Part shown: positions 20,136-29,887 of the stretch, one piece after another
Layout of the letters: each line of letters starts with the position of its first letter
Numbering within the stretch: position 1 is the first letter of the stretch
IMG/VR virus record: IMGVR_UViG_3300028888_000051
Coordinates: 1 to 64,000 of that record
DNA length: 64,000 nucleotides
From: a virus
Taxonomy: Duplodnaviria; Heunggongvirae; Uroviricota; Caudoviricetes
Direction: 5' to 3' (one strand)
Notes under the pieces: model-generated
Told to the model about the DNA's origin: nothing
The model's database searches: none
The model's input: the letters and a program-made list of their open reading frames with translations, nothing else
Position numbers and translations under genes: made by a program

Positions 20136-20175
20136 AAAGCCATGAATATTTAAATTATGTTATATTCATGGCTTT
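20136..20175 (-). terminator. Hairpin after hsp20 overlapping the -35 of the next promoter
   Basis: aaagccatgaatat/atattcatggcttt inverted repeat. Confidence 0.65.
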
Positions 20176-20190
20176 TTATTATTTTATTTA

Positions 20191-20682
20191 TTATTTAATT
20201 TCAATAAGTTTACGTTTTTGTTCATCTGGAACTTCTACTTTAACTGTAATTGATAGCAAACCATTAATAAAAGTTACATCTTTAATTACAGCATATTTTG
20301 GAAGAGATAATTTCCAATTAAAACTTTGATTTGTTATACCTTTATAAAAATAATCTTCTGATACATTTTGTTCTTTGTCTGTTTCTTGTGCTTTACTACC
20401 GACATAGAGCATTCCTTCTTCAGTCTCTACTCGAATGTCTTCTTTGTTCCAACCGGCTAATGCCATTTCAATTACAAACCCATTGTCATATGTATTAGAA
20501 TCACCTTTTTCACTATAAAGGCGTTTAATATTATATTTTGGAAATGAATCTTGTTTAATTAAAGTTGTTGGAAAAGAATTATTAAAAAATTCATCGATTA
20601 AAGAATTGAATGGTGAATCTATCATTCGATCTAAATAGTTACGTGCAGAACGTAACATTAAAGTATTATTTTTCATTTTCAT
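20191..20682 (-). CDS. Small heat shock protein (Hsp20/IbpA-like)
   Basis: FPKYNI, IEMALAG..KEDI, YKGI...F, NGLL.I, P.....IEIK. Confidence 0.92.
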   Translation of the reverse strand: MKMKNNTLMLRSARNYLDRMIDSPFNSLIDEFFNNSFPTTLIKQDSFPKYNIKRLYSEKGDSNTYDNGFVIEMALAGWNKEDIRVETEEGMLYVGSKAQETDKEQNVSEDYFYKGITNQSFNWKLSLPKYAVIKDVTFINGLLSITVKVEVPDEQKRKLIEIK

Positions 20683-20857
20683 AAATCCTAATTAAAGTTA
20701 GCAATTAATGTGTTTTGTATAACTCATTCATATGACATTATACAATTATATAGAACAACATATTTTTATAAAAGTAAAGCTTTATTTGAAGTTCTACTAA
20801 AATAAATATTATTTACAAAAATAAAAATACATTATATAATATATAAAAGGATTTTAT

Positions 20858-21409
20858 ATGATAAAAGAATATGATATGATGTTAAATGGTTTCAAAAGAC
20901 CAAATTTAAGAGCAATTTCTTTTGCTTCACCTAGACGTGGAAGAATAATACATACTCATACAACAAATCATTTTACAAAATTTCCATTTTTTAATAAGCA
21001 AAAAAAGTCAAATTTAACATATGCGATTGCTGATAATGGTAAAAAAATACGTTGTGGCAGTTCTGTAATTGAAGATAAGTGGCTAGATAAATTAAATGTT
21101 CGTTTAAGACAAAAAGTAATAATATTAGCAGGTAAAACATATATCGTTGATGGTTTTGATCCAAAAACAATGACTTGTTTTGAAATGCTAGGAGACTATT
21201 ATCATGGTTCACATAAAGTTTTTCCAACCAATAGAAATCTTATTTCTAAGCATTTAGGAAAATCACCTAATGAGTTATATAATGGAACAATTGCAAGATT
21301 TAAAATTTTAAAAAGCCATTCATTTAAAATTTATTTTGTATGGGAATCAGATTTTAAAAAAGGTCAACTTGGTCGTTTATATCGTGGTGGTAATGATAAT
21401 TTATATTAA
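20858..21409 (+). CDS. Vsr-like/PD-(D/E)xK endonuclease
   Basis: VDGF....FE..GDYYHG and VWESD motifs. Confidence 0.65.
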   Translation: MIKEYDMMLNGFKRPNLRAISFASPRRGRIIHTHTTNHFTKFPFFNKQKKSNLTYAIADNGKKIRCGSSVIEDKWLDKLNVRLRQKVIILAGKTYIVDGFDPKTMTCFEMLGDYYHGSHKVFPTNRNLISKHLGKSPNELYNGTIARFKILKSHSFKIYFVWESDFKKGQLGRLYRGGNDNLY

Positions 21410-21421
21410 AAAGGAAAAAAT

Positions 21422-21781
21422 ATGAGATTACAACAAGTATTAGATGATTTATTAGAAATGCTTAAAGCAGAAGAAGAAGGTAAACATTTTAAAACTCTAG
21501 GTGCATTAAGAAAATCAAAATTTCAAAATAATAAATCTGAAGATGAATTATTTCTAAAAAGCGATATGTATGCTGGAACGATTGGTAATTCAGAGGCTGT
21601 TAAAAAAGGTCACATTACACGTAAAAAACATGGTATTGATAAAATTATTAATAAAAAAGCTGCTGCTAAACGTAAAGCTTGGTATCAAGACCCAGAAAAT
21701 AAAAAGAAATTTCAAGCTATTATTGCAAAGCGTGATGCCAAAAGAAAAAATTTAATAAAAAACAAAAAGGGAAATGACTAA
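21422..21781 (+). CDS. Basic, Lys-rich protein, possibly DNA-binding or virion-internal
   Basis: Acidic N-terminus ending LKAEEE, very basic C-terminus. Confidence 0.55.
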   Translation: MRLQQVLDDLLEMLKAEEEGKHFKTLGALRKSKFQNNKSEDELFLKSDMYAGTIGNSEAVKKGHITRKKHGIDKIINKKAAAKRKAWYQDPENKKKFQAIIAKRDAKRKNLIKNKKGND

Positions 21782-21798
21782 AAAATCATTTCCCTTTT
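21765..21798. terminator. Bidirectional terminator
   Basis: aaaagggaaatga/tcatttccctttt between convergent genes. Confidence 0.7.
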
Positions 21799-21814
21799 CC
21801 GGTGAATTAAAGGT

Positions 21815-22219
21815 CTATCTTAAAATTACTTCTTCTATAGACTTTATTTTATCCATTTTATCAAAAATAGAATGAATCTTTTCTTTATCTTTATATGTTA
21901 AAAAATGATGTGAAGCTATTTTTTTCAAAAACGGTTTAGTTTCTTGATCATAATATTTTAATGTTAAATCTTTATGTGAAGTTTCAGCTTGAACTTTATC
22001 ATCGAAATAATAAAGATGTTTACAAGCTGACGATAACCCTCCACCATTTACAGTTACATCAAAATAATATCTAGCTTGTCCATTAGTTTCATTGTTTTTA
22101 CAATTTACATATCTACATATATTAGATAAATTTACAATTTTTGTTTTTATTTTAGGTAAATCATTTGTATGAACTACCACCTGTTTATAACCAACTGTAC
22201 TCATTACTATATTCTCCAA
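21815..22219 (-). CDS. Hypothetical protein
   Basis: ORF in minus-strand operon. Confidence 0.55.
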   Translation of the reverse strand: MENIVMSTVGYKQVVVHTNDLPKIKTKIVNLSNICRYVNCKNNETNGQARYYFDVTVNGGGLSSACKHLYYFDDKVQAETSHKDLTLKYYDQETKPFLKKIASHHFLTYKDKEKIHSIFDKMDKIKSIEEVILR

Positions 22220-22227
22220 TAATAATG

Positions 22228-22644
22228 TTAATCTTCTTTTATATCTTTTCCATATACTACCATATTAGTTGGTTCAAAACGTTTAATCACATTCATTACC
22301 GACCAATGATCAAAAAGTGGATTAGAAGCAGCTAGTTTTTCTAAATCTGTTTTATGTTTTTGCATAAAAGACTCAGCTTCTTGTCTATTAGAAAAACATA
22401 AACCTGAATATAATTTTTTTCTATCTTGAATATACGAAATATCTTTACGTCTCGATATACTAGTATCCCAACTTTTCCATTTCGTACTTCCAGACTTTAG
22501 TGTTATTTGTTTGGAATCTTTAGACATTTCTACAAAACCTTCACGAGGAGCTAAACCACGTTTAAATTTTGTATCACGCGTTCCACAACGATTCCAAGTA
22601 TTCATACGTATTTTAACTAATGCCATATTTTTTTCCTCATACAT
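22228..22644 (-). CDS. Hypothetical protein
   Basis: ORF; probable start MALVK after GAGG. Confidence 0.6.
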   Translation of the reverse strand: MYEEKNMALVKIRMNTWNRCGTRDTKFKRGLAPREGFVEMSKDSKQITLKSGSTKWKSWDTSISRRKDISYIQDRKKLYSGLCFSNRQEAESFMQKHKTDLEKLAASNPLFDHWSVMNVIKRFEPTNMVVYGKDIKED

Positions 22645-22760
22645 AAAATATATTTTTCTACATTAACAAAATATATAATAATAAGAAAAAAATAAAAAGA
22701 AAAGCCAACTTTATATAATACACACATTAAATTTCCAAATAGTAAATTATTATCATTAAG

Positions 22761-23345
22761 TTATTGTTTTTCAATAATAATTTTCATACCATTGTAAGTT
22801 AATGAAATTTTATCCTGATTATTATTAGTATTTGTATTAAAATTTGATAAATTATTTATATATGTTTGATTACTAAGAATCGCTTTAAGATTAGCAAAAG
22901 TTATTTTAAAACCTTTTGTATTACCAATAAGATAAAATGTAAAATTATCGTCTTCTTGATTATACATATATTTAACTTTAAGTTCACCTCTATCTTTTAC
23001 TGTAAAAATAATTTCATTTTTAAATTGTCTTAAAATATAATATTCAAAATTATCATCTTTTTGAGTAGTCAAATAAGCATCTAATTTTTTTATAAGCTCT
23101 TCTTGCTCATCAAAAAGAGATAAATATCGCATAATTGCAAATGGAGTATTGAGCTTATTTTTAAAATCTTGATAAATCGGAACATTGTTATCTGTTAAAA
23201 ACTTTTCAACAGTTTCATTATTTAATTCTTTTAAAATTGTGGCTTTTTCTCCAATATAAGGTATTAATTCTTCTAAAACAAGATCTATTTTTTTCTTATT
23301 TTCATCATCTAATAAATTATATTGCCATTCTTCTTGTTCTGTCAT
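22761..23345 (-). CDS. Hypothetical protein
   Basis: 194-aa ORF. Confidence 0.6.
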   Translation of the reverse strand: MTEQEEWQYNLLDDENKKKIDLVLEELIPYIGEKATILKELNNETVEKFLTDNNVPIYQDFKNKLNTPFAIMRYLSLFDEQEELIKKLDAYLTTQKDDNFEYYILRQFKNEIIFTVKDRGELKVKYMYNQEDDNFTFYLIGNTKGFKITFANLKAILSNQTYINNLSNFNTNTNNNQDKISLTYNGMKIIIEKQ

Positions 23346-23354
23346 TTTTTTCTC

Positions 23355-23537
23355 TTAATGTTTATTTGTAAAATCTATTTCTGCAGAAATACCTTCAAAT
23401 TTAACTAAAGTTAAAATCAATTGAGTTACTTCTTCAGTACTACATTCATTATTTGAAATAAATTCATTTCCATTGATGATAATTTTCCACTTATCACCTA
23501 ATCTTTCTACTTTTATTTTCATAGTAAAGCCTTTCAT
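23355..23537 (-). CDS. Small hypothetical protein
   Basis: ORF between operon neighbours. Confidence 0.45.
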   Translation of the reverse strand: MKGFTMKIKVERLGDKWKIIINGNEFISNNECSTEEVTQLILTLVKFEGISAEIDFTNKH

Positions 23538-23606
23538 TTTTTAATTACACACATATATAGAATATAAAAAATGAAATATTCTACCAAATTAATTTTCTAA
23601 AATTTT

Positions 23607-24596
23607 TTATAAATCAAGAGTATCAATAATTAAATTTGGATTGAATTTAGGTTCGATTTCATCTTCTTTATAAGGAATATAACCACAAGGATTGACTATA
23701 TATTTTACATTTCTTTTTCCAAAAGTAAAATTAGATCTATTATGTACATGACCAGAAATAACTAATTTTATTCCAAGTAAATCTCTATCTATCCAATTTT
23801 CTAAATCTGAAGTATAACTTGCATTGAGTAAACCTTTTTTATATTTTTCTGATATACATTGTGGAGATAGACAATGATGAGTCATAAGTATAATTTTAGC
23901 TTTAGGATTTATTTTTAAAATTTTATCATGACATCTTTTAACTTCTTTTTTAGCTAATTTGTGTAGTTTAAGATAATATTCAGGTGAAAGATAAAATCTA
24001 TTGTTTTCTTTACCCCATTTAAAATCATTCATTCGACTACTAGCTTCAGCCATAGTTTCATTACGAATAATTTGCTTAGTTAGTTTTTCTACTGGTTCAT
24101 ACTTACTCGGAAGACCATAAAGTCTAGTCCAAAAATCCCATGATTTTAGTTTTTCATTAAATTCTTCAAGTGTTAAATCACAGTAATTATAGTCAGTATA
24201 AAATGTACTTCCAATAATAGCTGTGTTTTCATCTATCCAACACCAATTATTTTCTAAATATTTCCAAAACAAATGAGTAATTGGAAATTTTTGCTTCAAT
24301 TCTTTTTTGAGTTCAGACAATATTGGATGTTTATTATCTTTAGTATATTCATAACATATATGATTGCCATCTATAAAGATTACTTTTTGATTAGGAAAAA
24401 ATTTTTCTAAAAATTCTTGATGCTTATTAATACCTGCTGCAATATCACCAGCAATAAGATTTATACAATCTGTATCTTTTTGTAAATCTTTATAGTATTT
24501 TTTATAAAATAAAGAAGTATTAAATGGATCTCTAAAATCAGGTCCATTTATTCTACTTGTATAATGTATATCTGATATTATTCTACATTTTGTCAT
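23607..24596 (-). CDS. Calcineurin-like metallophosphoesterase
   Basis: SDIH, AGDI, GNH, THH, GHVH, NPCGY. Confidence 0.9.
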   Translation of the reverse strand: MTKCRIISDIHYTSRINGPDFRDPFNTSLFYKKYYKDLQKDTDCINLIAGDIAAGINKHQEFLEKFFPNQKVIFIDGNHICYEYTKDNKHPILSELKKELKQKFPITHLFWKYLENNWCWIDENTAIIGSTFYTDYNYCDLTLEEFNEKLKSWDFWTRLYGLPSKYEPVEKLTKQIIRNETMAEASSRMNDFKWGKENNRFYLSPEYYLKLHKLAKKEVKRCHDKILKINPKAKIILMTHHCLSPQCISEKYKKGLLNASYTSDLENWIDRDLLGIKLVISGHVHNRSNFTFGKRNVKYIVNPCGYIPYKEDEIEPKFNPNLIIDTLDL

Positions 24597-25048
24597 TATT
24601 TTAATTTATAATCTAAAAGTTCTTTTATTTTTTTAATTTCATCTATAGTTAAAGGTTCTTGTTTTCCATAACCATATGCTAAATGTTCTAATTTTTGCAT
24701 TAAACAGCAATAGCTAGAATTAGCTTTTTCAGTAAATTTATTTATTTCTTCTTTAGCTGCTTCATATCCATCTTCATATGTATCAGTTTCTCCGTGAATA
24801 TCAGCATAAGCATCATCGACATCATCATCAGAAAGTTCTATCTCATCCACCCTTGCATTTAAACGAAAATACTCAGGAAAATTTGAAAGCATATCTAAAG
24901 CATCTTCTAAATTACTTAAATCCTTTTTAGTATAGAGTTTAGCAGTTTTATTCCATGATTCAAATTGTTCAATTAATCTTTTGTTATTGTCTTCATCGAA
25001 TTCTACATCAACATCTTGTTCTTTATCAACATTAATAAAAGTCCACAT
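24596..25048 (-). CDS. Acidic hypothetical protein
   Basis: Asp/Glu-rich; coupled to the next gene. Confidence 0.6.
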   Translation of the reverse strand: MWTFINVDKEQDVDVEFDEDNNKRLIEQFESWNKTAKLYTKKDLSNLEDALDMLSNFPEYFRLNARVDEIELSDDDVDDAYADIHGETDTYEDGYEAAKEEINKFTEKANSSYCCLMQKLEHLAYGYGKQEPLTIDEIKKIKELLDYKLK

Positions 25049-25050
25049 TA

Positions 25051-25242
25051 TTAATTTTTTCCTTTCGTTTTTTTCTTTTCTTTTCTTTCTATTGCTTTTT
25101 GTATACGACGTTCTTTATGATTCAATTTACGCATAATAGGGGAATTACCAGTATCTTCGGCAATCCATGAACCCTCTTTATTAAACTTCATTCCTAATAA
25201 ATCATATAATGATTTATTTTCTTTTTTCTCATCTTCTGTCAT
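25051..25242 (-). CDS. Small basic hypothetical protein
   Basis: Coupled ORF. Confidence 0.5.
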   Translation of the reverse strand: MTEDEKKENKSLYDLLGMKFNKEGSWIAEDTGNSPIMRKLNHKERRIQKAIERKEKKKTKGKN

Positions 25243-25655
25243 TATAACATACCTTTCGTAACATTAATGAAATTTTTATGATTTGGTAAAAGTACTAATA
25301 TACAATTATCTTTTAATTTATTATTTGTTTTAGGTGCCCATAATAAAGAATCCATGGCAGCCATATTTTTAAGATAATGTTCTGTATAATTACGACTATA
25401 TTTATTTTTAGTTTTAATTAAATTAAAATGAATTAATTTATTACATTTCATAATAGTATTAGAATTAGCTTGAATATTTTGATAATGATATTTATTAAAT
25501 TTATTTTGTTTAAGCATAATTTTAATATCTTCCATTATATTAGTAGCTTTATATAAATCTTCATAACATAATATATTTTTATTATCAAAAATATTATTTG
25601 ATAGAGTATATATTTTTTCTTTTTTCATAAATAATTTTTTTAAAAAATTAAACAT
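25242..25655 (-). CDS. Hypothetical protein
   Basis: Coupled ORF with GGAGG RBS. Confidence 0.55.
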   Translation of the reverse strand: MFNFLKKLFMKKEKIYTLSNNIFDNKNILCYEDLYKATNIMEDIKIMLKQNKFNKYHYQNIQANSNTIMKCNKLIHFNLIKTKNKYSRNYTEHYLKNMAAMDSLLWAPKTNNKLKDNCILVLLPNHKNFINVTKGML

Positions 25656-26894
25656 TTACTTTTCCTCCAAAAAACTATTTATATATTCTAAATCAACTTT
25701 GTTTATAAAATCATTAATAATTTTATCATCTTTTAATGCTAAGAACATAATAGATTTTATATTTGATGGTTTATTTTTTATCATTTCTGCATAGTTTTTC
25801 TTACTAAGTTTTTCATCATCATTATTATTTATTTTTAAATCGCTATAAATATTTTTTGCTGAAATTATGATATTATTAATTTTAGTCTTAAATATTTTTA
25901 ATTTTTCTTTAAGTTCGGTTAATTTATCTTTAAGTTCTGGAAATATTTCTAACAAATCATCTTCTGATTCATTACGTATACATTGAAGTAAAAATTTTTC
26001 ACTTATACCCATCTCATGTTTAGCAAATTTTATTTTAAGATATTCATTACATTTAATTTTAAAGCGATGAAAATTAATATCACATACAACGACACCTTCT
26101 TTATCTATATTATCATATCCATTACAACGAGTTAATACTTCTTCGATATTTTTGTCCATATATAATTCTGGATGTTTAAAAGCACTTAGAATTATATTGT
26201 CAGATATATCTTCTGGACCATATTCCCACCACGTATTTATATTACGACATCCTAAATACCAAAGTTCTGTTTTTGGATAATCACAAATAATTCTCGTTTT
26301 TGGAGATACTAGTTCAAACATATATGTATAATTTTTATCTAATTGTTCATACCAATTTTCAGTTAATTTAGCATGTTTAAATGCAAGCTTAAGTAAATCC
26401 AAAAAACTGTTTGCGTTTTTAGAATCTTCTTCTTGATATTTTGAAATTAATGTTTCTGGTAATTGACAATTTATATCCCAACCATTATTAGATACCCATA
26501 TCCAACGATTAAGTTTTTTCGAATACCAACATTTCATTAACATACCATCTATTTTATCATGCACTTTGGCTGTTGACCAATCTATTTCATCTTCATCATC
26601 TTGTCCATGATTCATAAATTTATAGAATGGTGTGCATATCATTTCAGGACTATTCAAATCTGATACATCAACAATAGAACCTCGGCATGCTTTAACAATT
26701 CTATTAGTAAAATCACTTTCAAATTGACTATAACTCACCATATAAGCTTCTGAATAAATTAAATTATTATTTTCATCTTTAAATGGACATTGTTTGGCTG
26801 TAATAAAATATGGAGCTTTAGCTATTTCAGAAATCCAATTTTTACCATGAAAACGTATAAAATCAAGTAAATCGTTATAATAAAGTTCTTGCAT
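25656..26894 (-). CDS. RNA ligase (T4 Rnl1-like)
   Basis: CRG, PFYKFMN, KIDG (motif I), FEL, EGVV, KIK. Confidence 0.88.
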   Translation of the reverse strand: MQELYYNDLLDFIRFHGKNWISEIAKAPYFITAKQCPFKDENNNLIYSEAYMVSYSQFESDFTNRIVKACRGSIVDVSDLNSPEMICTPFYKFMNHGQDDEDEIDWSTAKVHDKIDGMLMKCWYSKKLNRWIWVSNNGWDINCQLPETLISKYQEEDSKNANSFLDLLKLAFKHAKLTENWYEQLDKNYTYMFELVSPKTRIICDYPKTELWYLGCRNINTWWEYGPEDISDNIILSAFKHPELYMDKNIEEVLTRCNGYDNIDKEGVVVCDINFHRFKIKCNEYLKIKFAKHEMGISEKFLLQCIRNESEDDLLEIFPELKDKLTELKEKLKIFKTKINNIIISAKNIYSDLKINNNDDEKLSKKNYAEMIKNKPSNIKSIMFLALKDDKIINDFINKVDLEYINSFLEEK

Positions 26895-27466
26895 TAATCA
26901 ATCCTTTTAAATATTGTATTACAAATATTATTTACACTTACATTTAAATCCGCAGTTGTTTCTAAAGTATTTAACAAAAATTTTTCTATTTCGTTTTTTG
27001 TTTTTGGTAAACTTAAATACTTTTCATACATTGTCATTGCTCCCATGGCTTCTCTTGCCCCACAACCAATAGCTACATATGCTTTATCTGTCTCTCCAAC
27101 TTGAAAATCTGATTCTATTTTATAAATTTTATTTTGAATTCCTAATAAAATATCACCAGGACTAGCAAAATCAGTTTCATCATTCTTTACACATATATTT
27201 TTTTCTATAAACAAATTTCTAATACCATTAATAACTGTTGTTCGAACATATTTATCTATATCTTCATTTATCTTTAATTTTGGTATATCTAATTCATACA
27301 TTAATACATCACGCATTCTAAAAGATCCACATGTAGCAATTAACATATCATTTAATTTAAAAATTTTTGGATCTAGACGTGTTTCTTTAGTATCTTCATT
27401 TGATCCTTGAGTATCACTAGCAAAGCAAAGCATTTTATTAGTTTTATAACCAATACAACAAGTCAT
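26894..27466 (-). CDS. HslV/proteasome-beta-like Ntn protease
   Basis: N-terminal (M)TCC nucleophile Thr, ASDTQ, K, AIGCG...A.GA. Confidence 0.8.
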   Translation of the reverse strand: MTCCIGYKTNKMLCFASDTQGSNEDTKETRLDPKIFKLNDMLIATCGSFRMRDVLMYELDIPKLKINEDIDKYVRTTVINGIRNLFIEKNICVKNDETDFASPGDILLGIQNKIYKIESDFQVGETDKAYVAIGCGAREAMGAMTMYEKYLSLPKTKNEIEKFLLNTLETTADLNVSVNNICNTIFKRID

Positions 27467-27476
27467 TTCCCAACTC

Positions 27477-28010
27477 CTAAATTATTTCTTTAAGCCAATA
27501 TAATATTTCATTATGATTATGTAAAGCCCTAAATGAATACATGTTTGAATTTTGCTTTAATAAATTTCTATACATTCTTTCAATTACATTATCTGGTACA
27601 CGTTTATATTCTGGTAATCTTAAAGAATTTCTAATTTTTGCTTCTGATAATGATACATCTGAAAAATCAATTATGATTAATTCTGCTCCATATTTATTAG
27701 CTAATTTTTCATAATTTTTTAATTGCCAAACATTAATATTAGTGGCATCAATTGTAGTCGATTTATGTAATTCTAATGATTTTTCTAACTGATTAAATAT
27801 TTCTTTCCAAACAGTTTCATTATTTAATTGACTAATATATTCTCTACCGTTTTCAACTGTTCTACCACTAATTTTTTCGCGAATTATATCAGATTCAATA
27901 ACATTTGAAATCTTAGTCATATAATCTCTAGTGAAACTACTTTTTCCACATCCTGGAATTCCACGCATTACAAAAAAATAAAAATTATTAGAATTATAAG
28001 GTTGTAGCAT
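27477..28010 (-). CDS. Polynucleotide kinase (AAA_33 family)
   Basis: RGIPGCGKS, SD.IR, IDATN, RN..R...VP..VI..M. Confidence 0.85.
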   Translation of the reverse strand: MLQPYNSNNFYFFVMRGIPGCGKSSFTRDYMTKISNVIESDIIREKISGRTVENGREYISQLNNETVWKEIFNQLEKSLELHKSTTIDATNINVWQLKNYEKLANKYGAELIIIDFSDVSLSEAKIRNSLRLPEYKRVPDNVIERMYRNLLKQNSNMYSFRALHNHNEILYWLKEII

Positions 28011-28593
28011 TTATATCTCCATTTTCTTTTGACTGCTCTAATTTTCTTTTCCAAGCTGATGAAATTTTCTTTAAAAATTTATATCTTAAAGTTTCTAATT
28101 CTTCGTCATTATATTCATCTCTATGTGCTAATAAATATTTTCTAATTAAACTCAATTTATCAAAACTATAAGCATCTAACCTTTTTGCAAACCATAAATT
28201 AACTTTTAATTCATAATTATTTTTTATTACTCTATCATCAAAATTTTTAATTTTTTCTTCTTCTTTTTGTTTTTTCTCAATCAATTTAATTTTACGCCAC
28301 GACATAATTTTTTTATTCCATGCTTTTAATTCACATGGATCTGCTGTTTTGTTTATAATAGAGCAAATAAGATCATTTAATTTTTCTTTATTTTCGTTAG
28401 ATTTACCATTAGAATCATGAAAATATTCATAATTTCCTTCATAATAAACATAATGATGACGTATATAATCTACTTTGTCACCAAAATCTAATCTCGAATC
28501 TTTTATAATGTCATAAATACTACGTCTACCAAAATGTAAAGTTTTTCTTTTAACACCGCGTAATATTTTATAATCATAGTGTTTTATAGTCAT
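27994..28593 (-). CDS. Hypothetical protein
   Basis: GGAGG RBS and own promoter. Confidence 0.6.
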   Translation of the reverse strand: MTIKHYDYKILRGVKRKTLHFGRRSIYDIIKDSRLDFGDKVDYIRHHYVYYEGNYEYFHDSNGKSNENKEKLNDLICSIINKTADPCELKAWNKKIMSWRKIKLIEKKQKEEEKIKNFDDRVIKNNYELKVNLWFAKRLDAYSFDKLSLIRKYLLAHRDEYNDEELETLRYKFLKKISSAWKRKLEQSKENGDINATTL

Positions 28594-28643
28594 TTTAACC
28601 TCCTAATATATAAAATATAGTTAAAAGGATTAAATGTAAAACC

Positions 28644-28871
28644 CTATTTTATTTTTCTAAACCAATCTATTAATATTTCACGAGAAACTTTCATATAGTT
28701 TTTATTATATAATTTCAAAAGAATATCATATTGTTGTTTTTCTTCTTCTGTTGAACATGCATATAAAAGCATAAATAAACTAGCAGATGAATTCATATAC
28801 TCTTTTAAAGACTCTTCTGTGATCACTTTACTGTCATTTAAAGTTATGTTACCTATATATCACATTACCAT
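28644..28871 (-). pseudogene. Y.xLLKL module paralog with TGA at codon 4 (or a shorter gene from GTG 28826)
   Basis: ATG GTA ATG TGA TAT... in frame with the ORF, starting at a TAATG overlap; EKQQYDILLKLYNKNY. Confidence 0.45.
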
Positions 28872-29287
28872 TATTTTTTATTCCTATCTGATTCAAGTAT
28901 TAATTTTATTAGAGCTTTGTCTCTTTCTGTTTTAATTAATTCAGCTAGTGCTGTTTTATAATTATAATTTGAAAGTTTAAGTAGTGTTAAATATTCATTT
29001 TTTGTTTCAGTGTTATCTACTTTTTTTAATTCTAATTCAAATAATAACTTGTATACAATTTCATCTGAAGAATTAGAAATAGCTTTACATAAAATTTCTA
29101 TAATGTTACCTTCATGAGCTATTTCATTTTTAGTTCCTGTTGCATTAGCCCAAGTTAAAGTAGTCGGATTAGTTGAACTACTACTAACAAAAACTGGATT
29201 TGTAAAAGTTTTTGATCCTGAAATAGTTTGACCAGGAGTTATGTGTACAACATTAGAAATAGAATTATTTGATTTTGCTTGTGGCAT
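28871..29287 (-). CDS. Y.TLLKL module protein with an N-terminal tail-fibre-like motif
   Basis: VHITPGQTISGSKTF then KNEYLTLLKLSNYNYKT. Confidence 0.6.
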   Translation of the reverse strand: MPQAKSNNSISNVVHITPGQTISGSKTFTNPVFVSSSSTNPTTLTWANATGTKNEIAHEGNIIEILCKAISNSSDEIVYKLLFELELKKVDNTETKNEYLTLLKLSNYNYKTALAELIKTERDKALIKLILESDRNKK

Positions 29288-29288
29288 T

Positions 29289-29534
29289 TTATAATCCTTT
29301 ATTATATTCAATTTGTAAAACAGTTTTTCTATAATTATTGTCATTAAGTTTTAAAAGTACTTGATATTCTGCTTTAATTTCATCATCTTCATTTTCATTC
29401 AATTTATCAAATATTATATGATAATAAGCTTCAGTAGATATAGTATTTTTTGTATTTATCCAATTGAGAGTAGCCAATTTTGGAAAAGATATATTTTTTA
29501 ATTCGGTACATTGCTCAAATATATTATTCATCAT
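29289..29534 (-). CDS. Y.xLLKL module protein with one BspA-like LRR
   Basis: IFEQCTELKNISFPKL then KAEYQVLLKLNDNNYRKTVLQIEY. Confidence 0.6.
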   Translation of the reverse strand: MMNNIFEQCTELKNISFPKLATLNWINTKNTISTEAYYHIIFDKLNENEDDEIKAEYQVLLKLNDNNYRKTVLQIEYNKGL

Positions 29535-29887
29535 AATAAATTCCTATATGAATTCAAAATATTATTTGTATCAATTGTTAATCCATTATTATACTCAATC
29601 TGTAAAACTGTACGCCGATAATCATTATCATTCAACTTTAATAACGTTTCATATTCTGCTTTTTTATCCTCATTTTCATCACAAAGATTCATGAATACAT
29701 TACGATATAAACAATTATTATCAAATGGAAGTCTGCTTTCTTCATTTGAGGCTGAAAAAATTGATGGATATAAACTAGAAGTATCTAACTCTACTAATTT
29801 AAGCAACTCATTTTCATTTCCAACAACATAATTTATACCATCAAAATTAAACATTGAACCTGGAATAAGTTTATCTGGATGCATCAT
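29531..29887 (-). CDS. Y.TLLKL module protein with a PolB motif A-like peptide
   Basis: LDTSSLYPSI then KAEYETLLKLNDNDYRRTVLQIEY. Confidence 0.6.
   Translation of the reverse strand: MMHPDKLIPGSMFNFDGINYVVGNENELLKLVELDTSSLYPSIFSASNEESRLPFDNNCLYRNVFMNLCDENEDKKAEYETLLKLNDNDYRRTVLQIEYNNGLTIDTNNILNSYRNLL

Noticed and set aside
23645-23665. GGTTCGATT resembling a tRNA T-loop
   Set aside because: It lies inside a phosphoesterase CDS with no cloverleaf; no tRNA was found in the window
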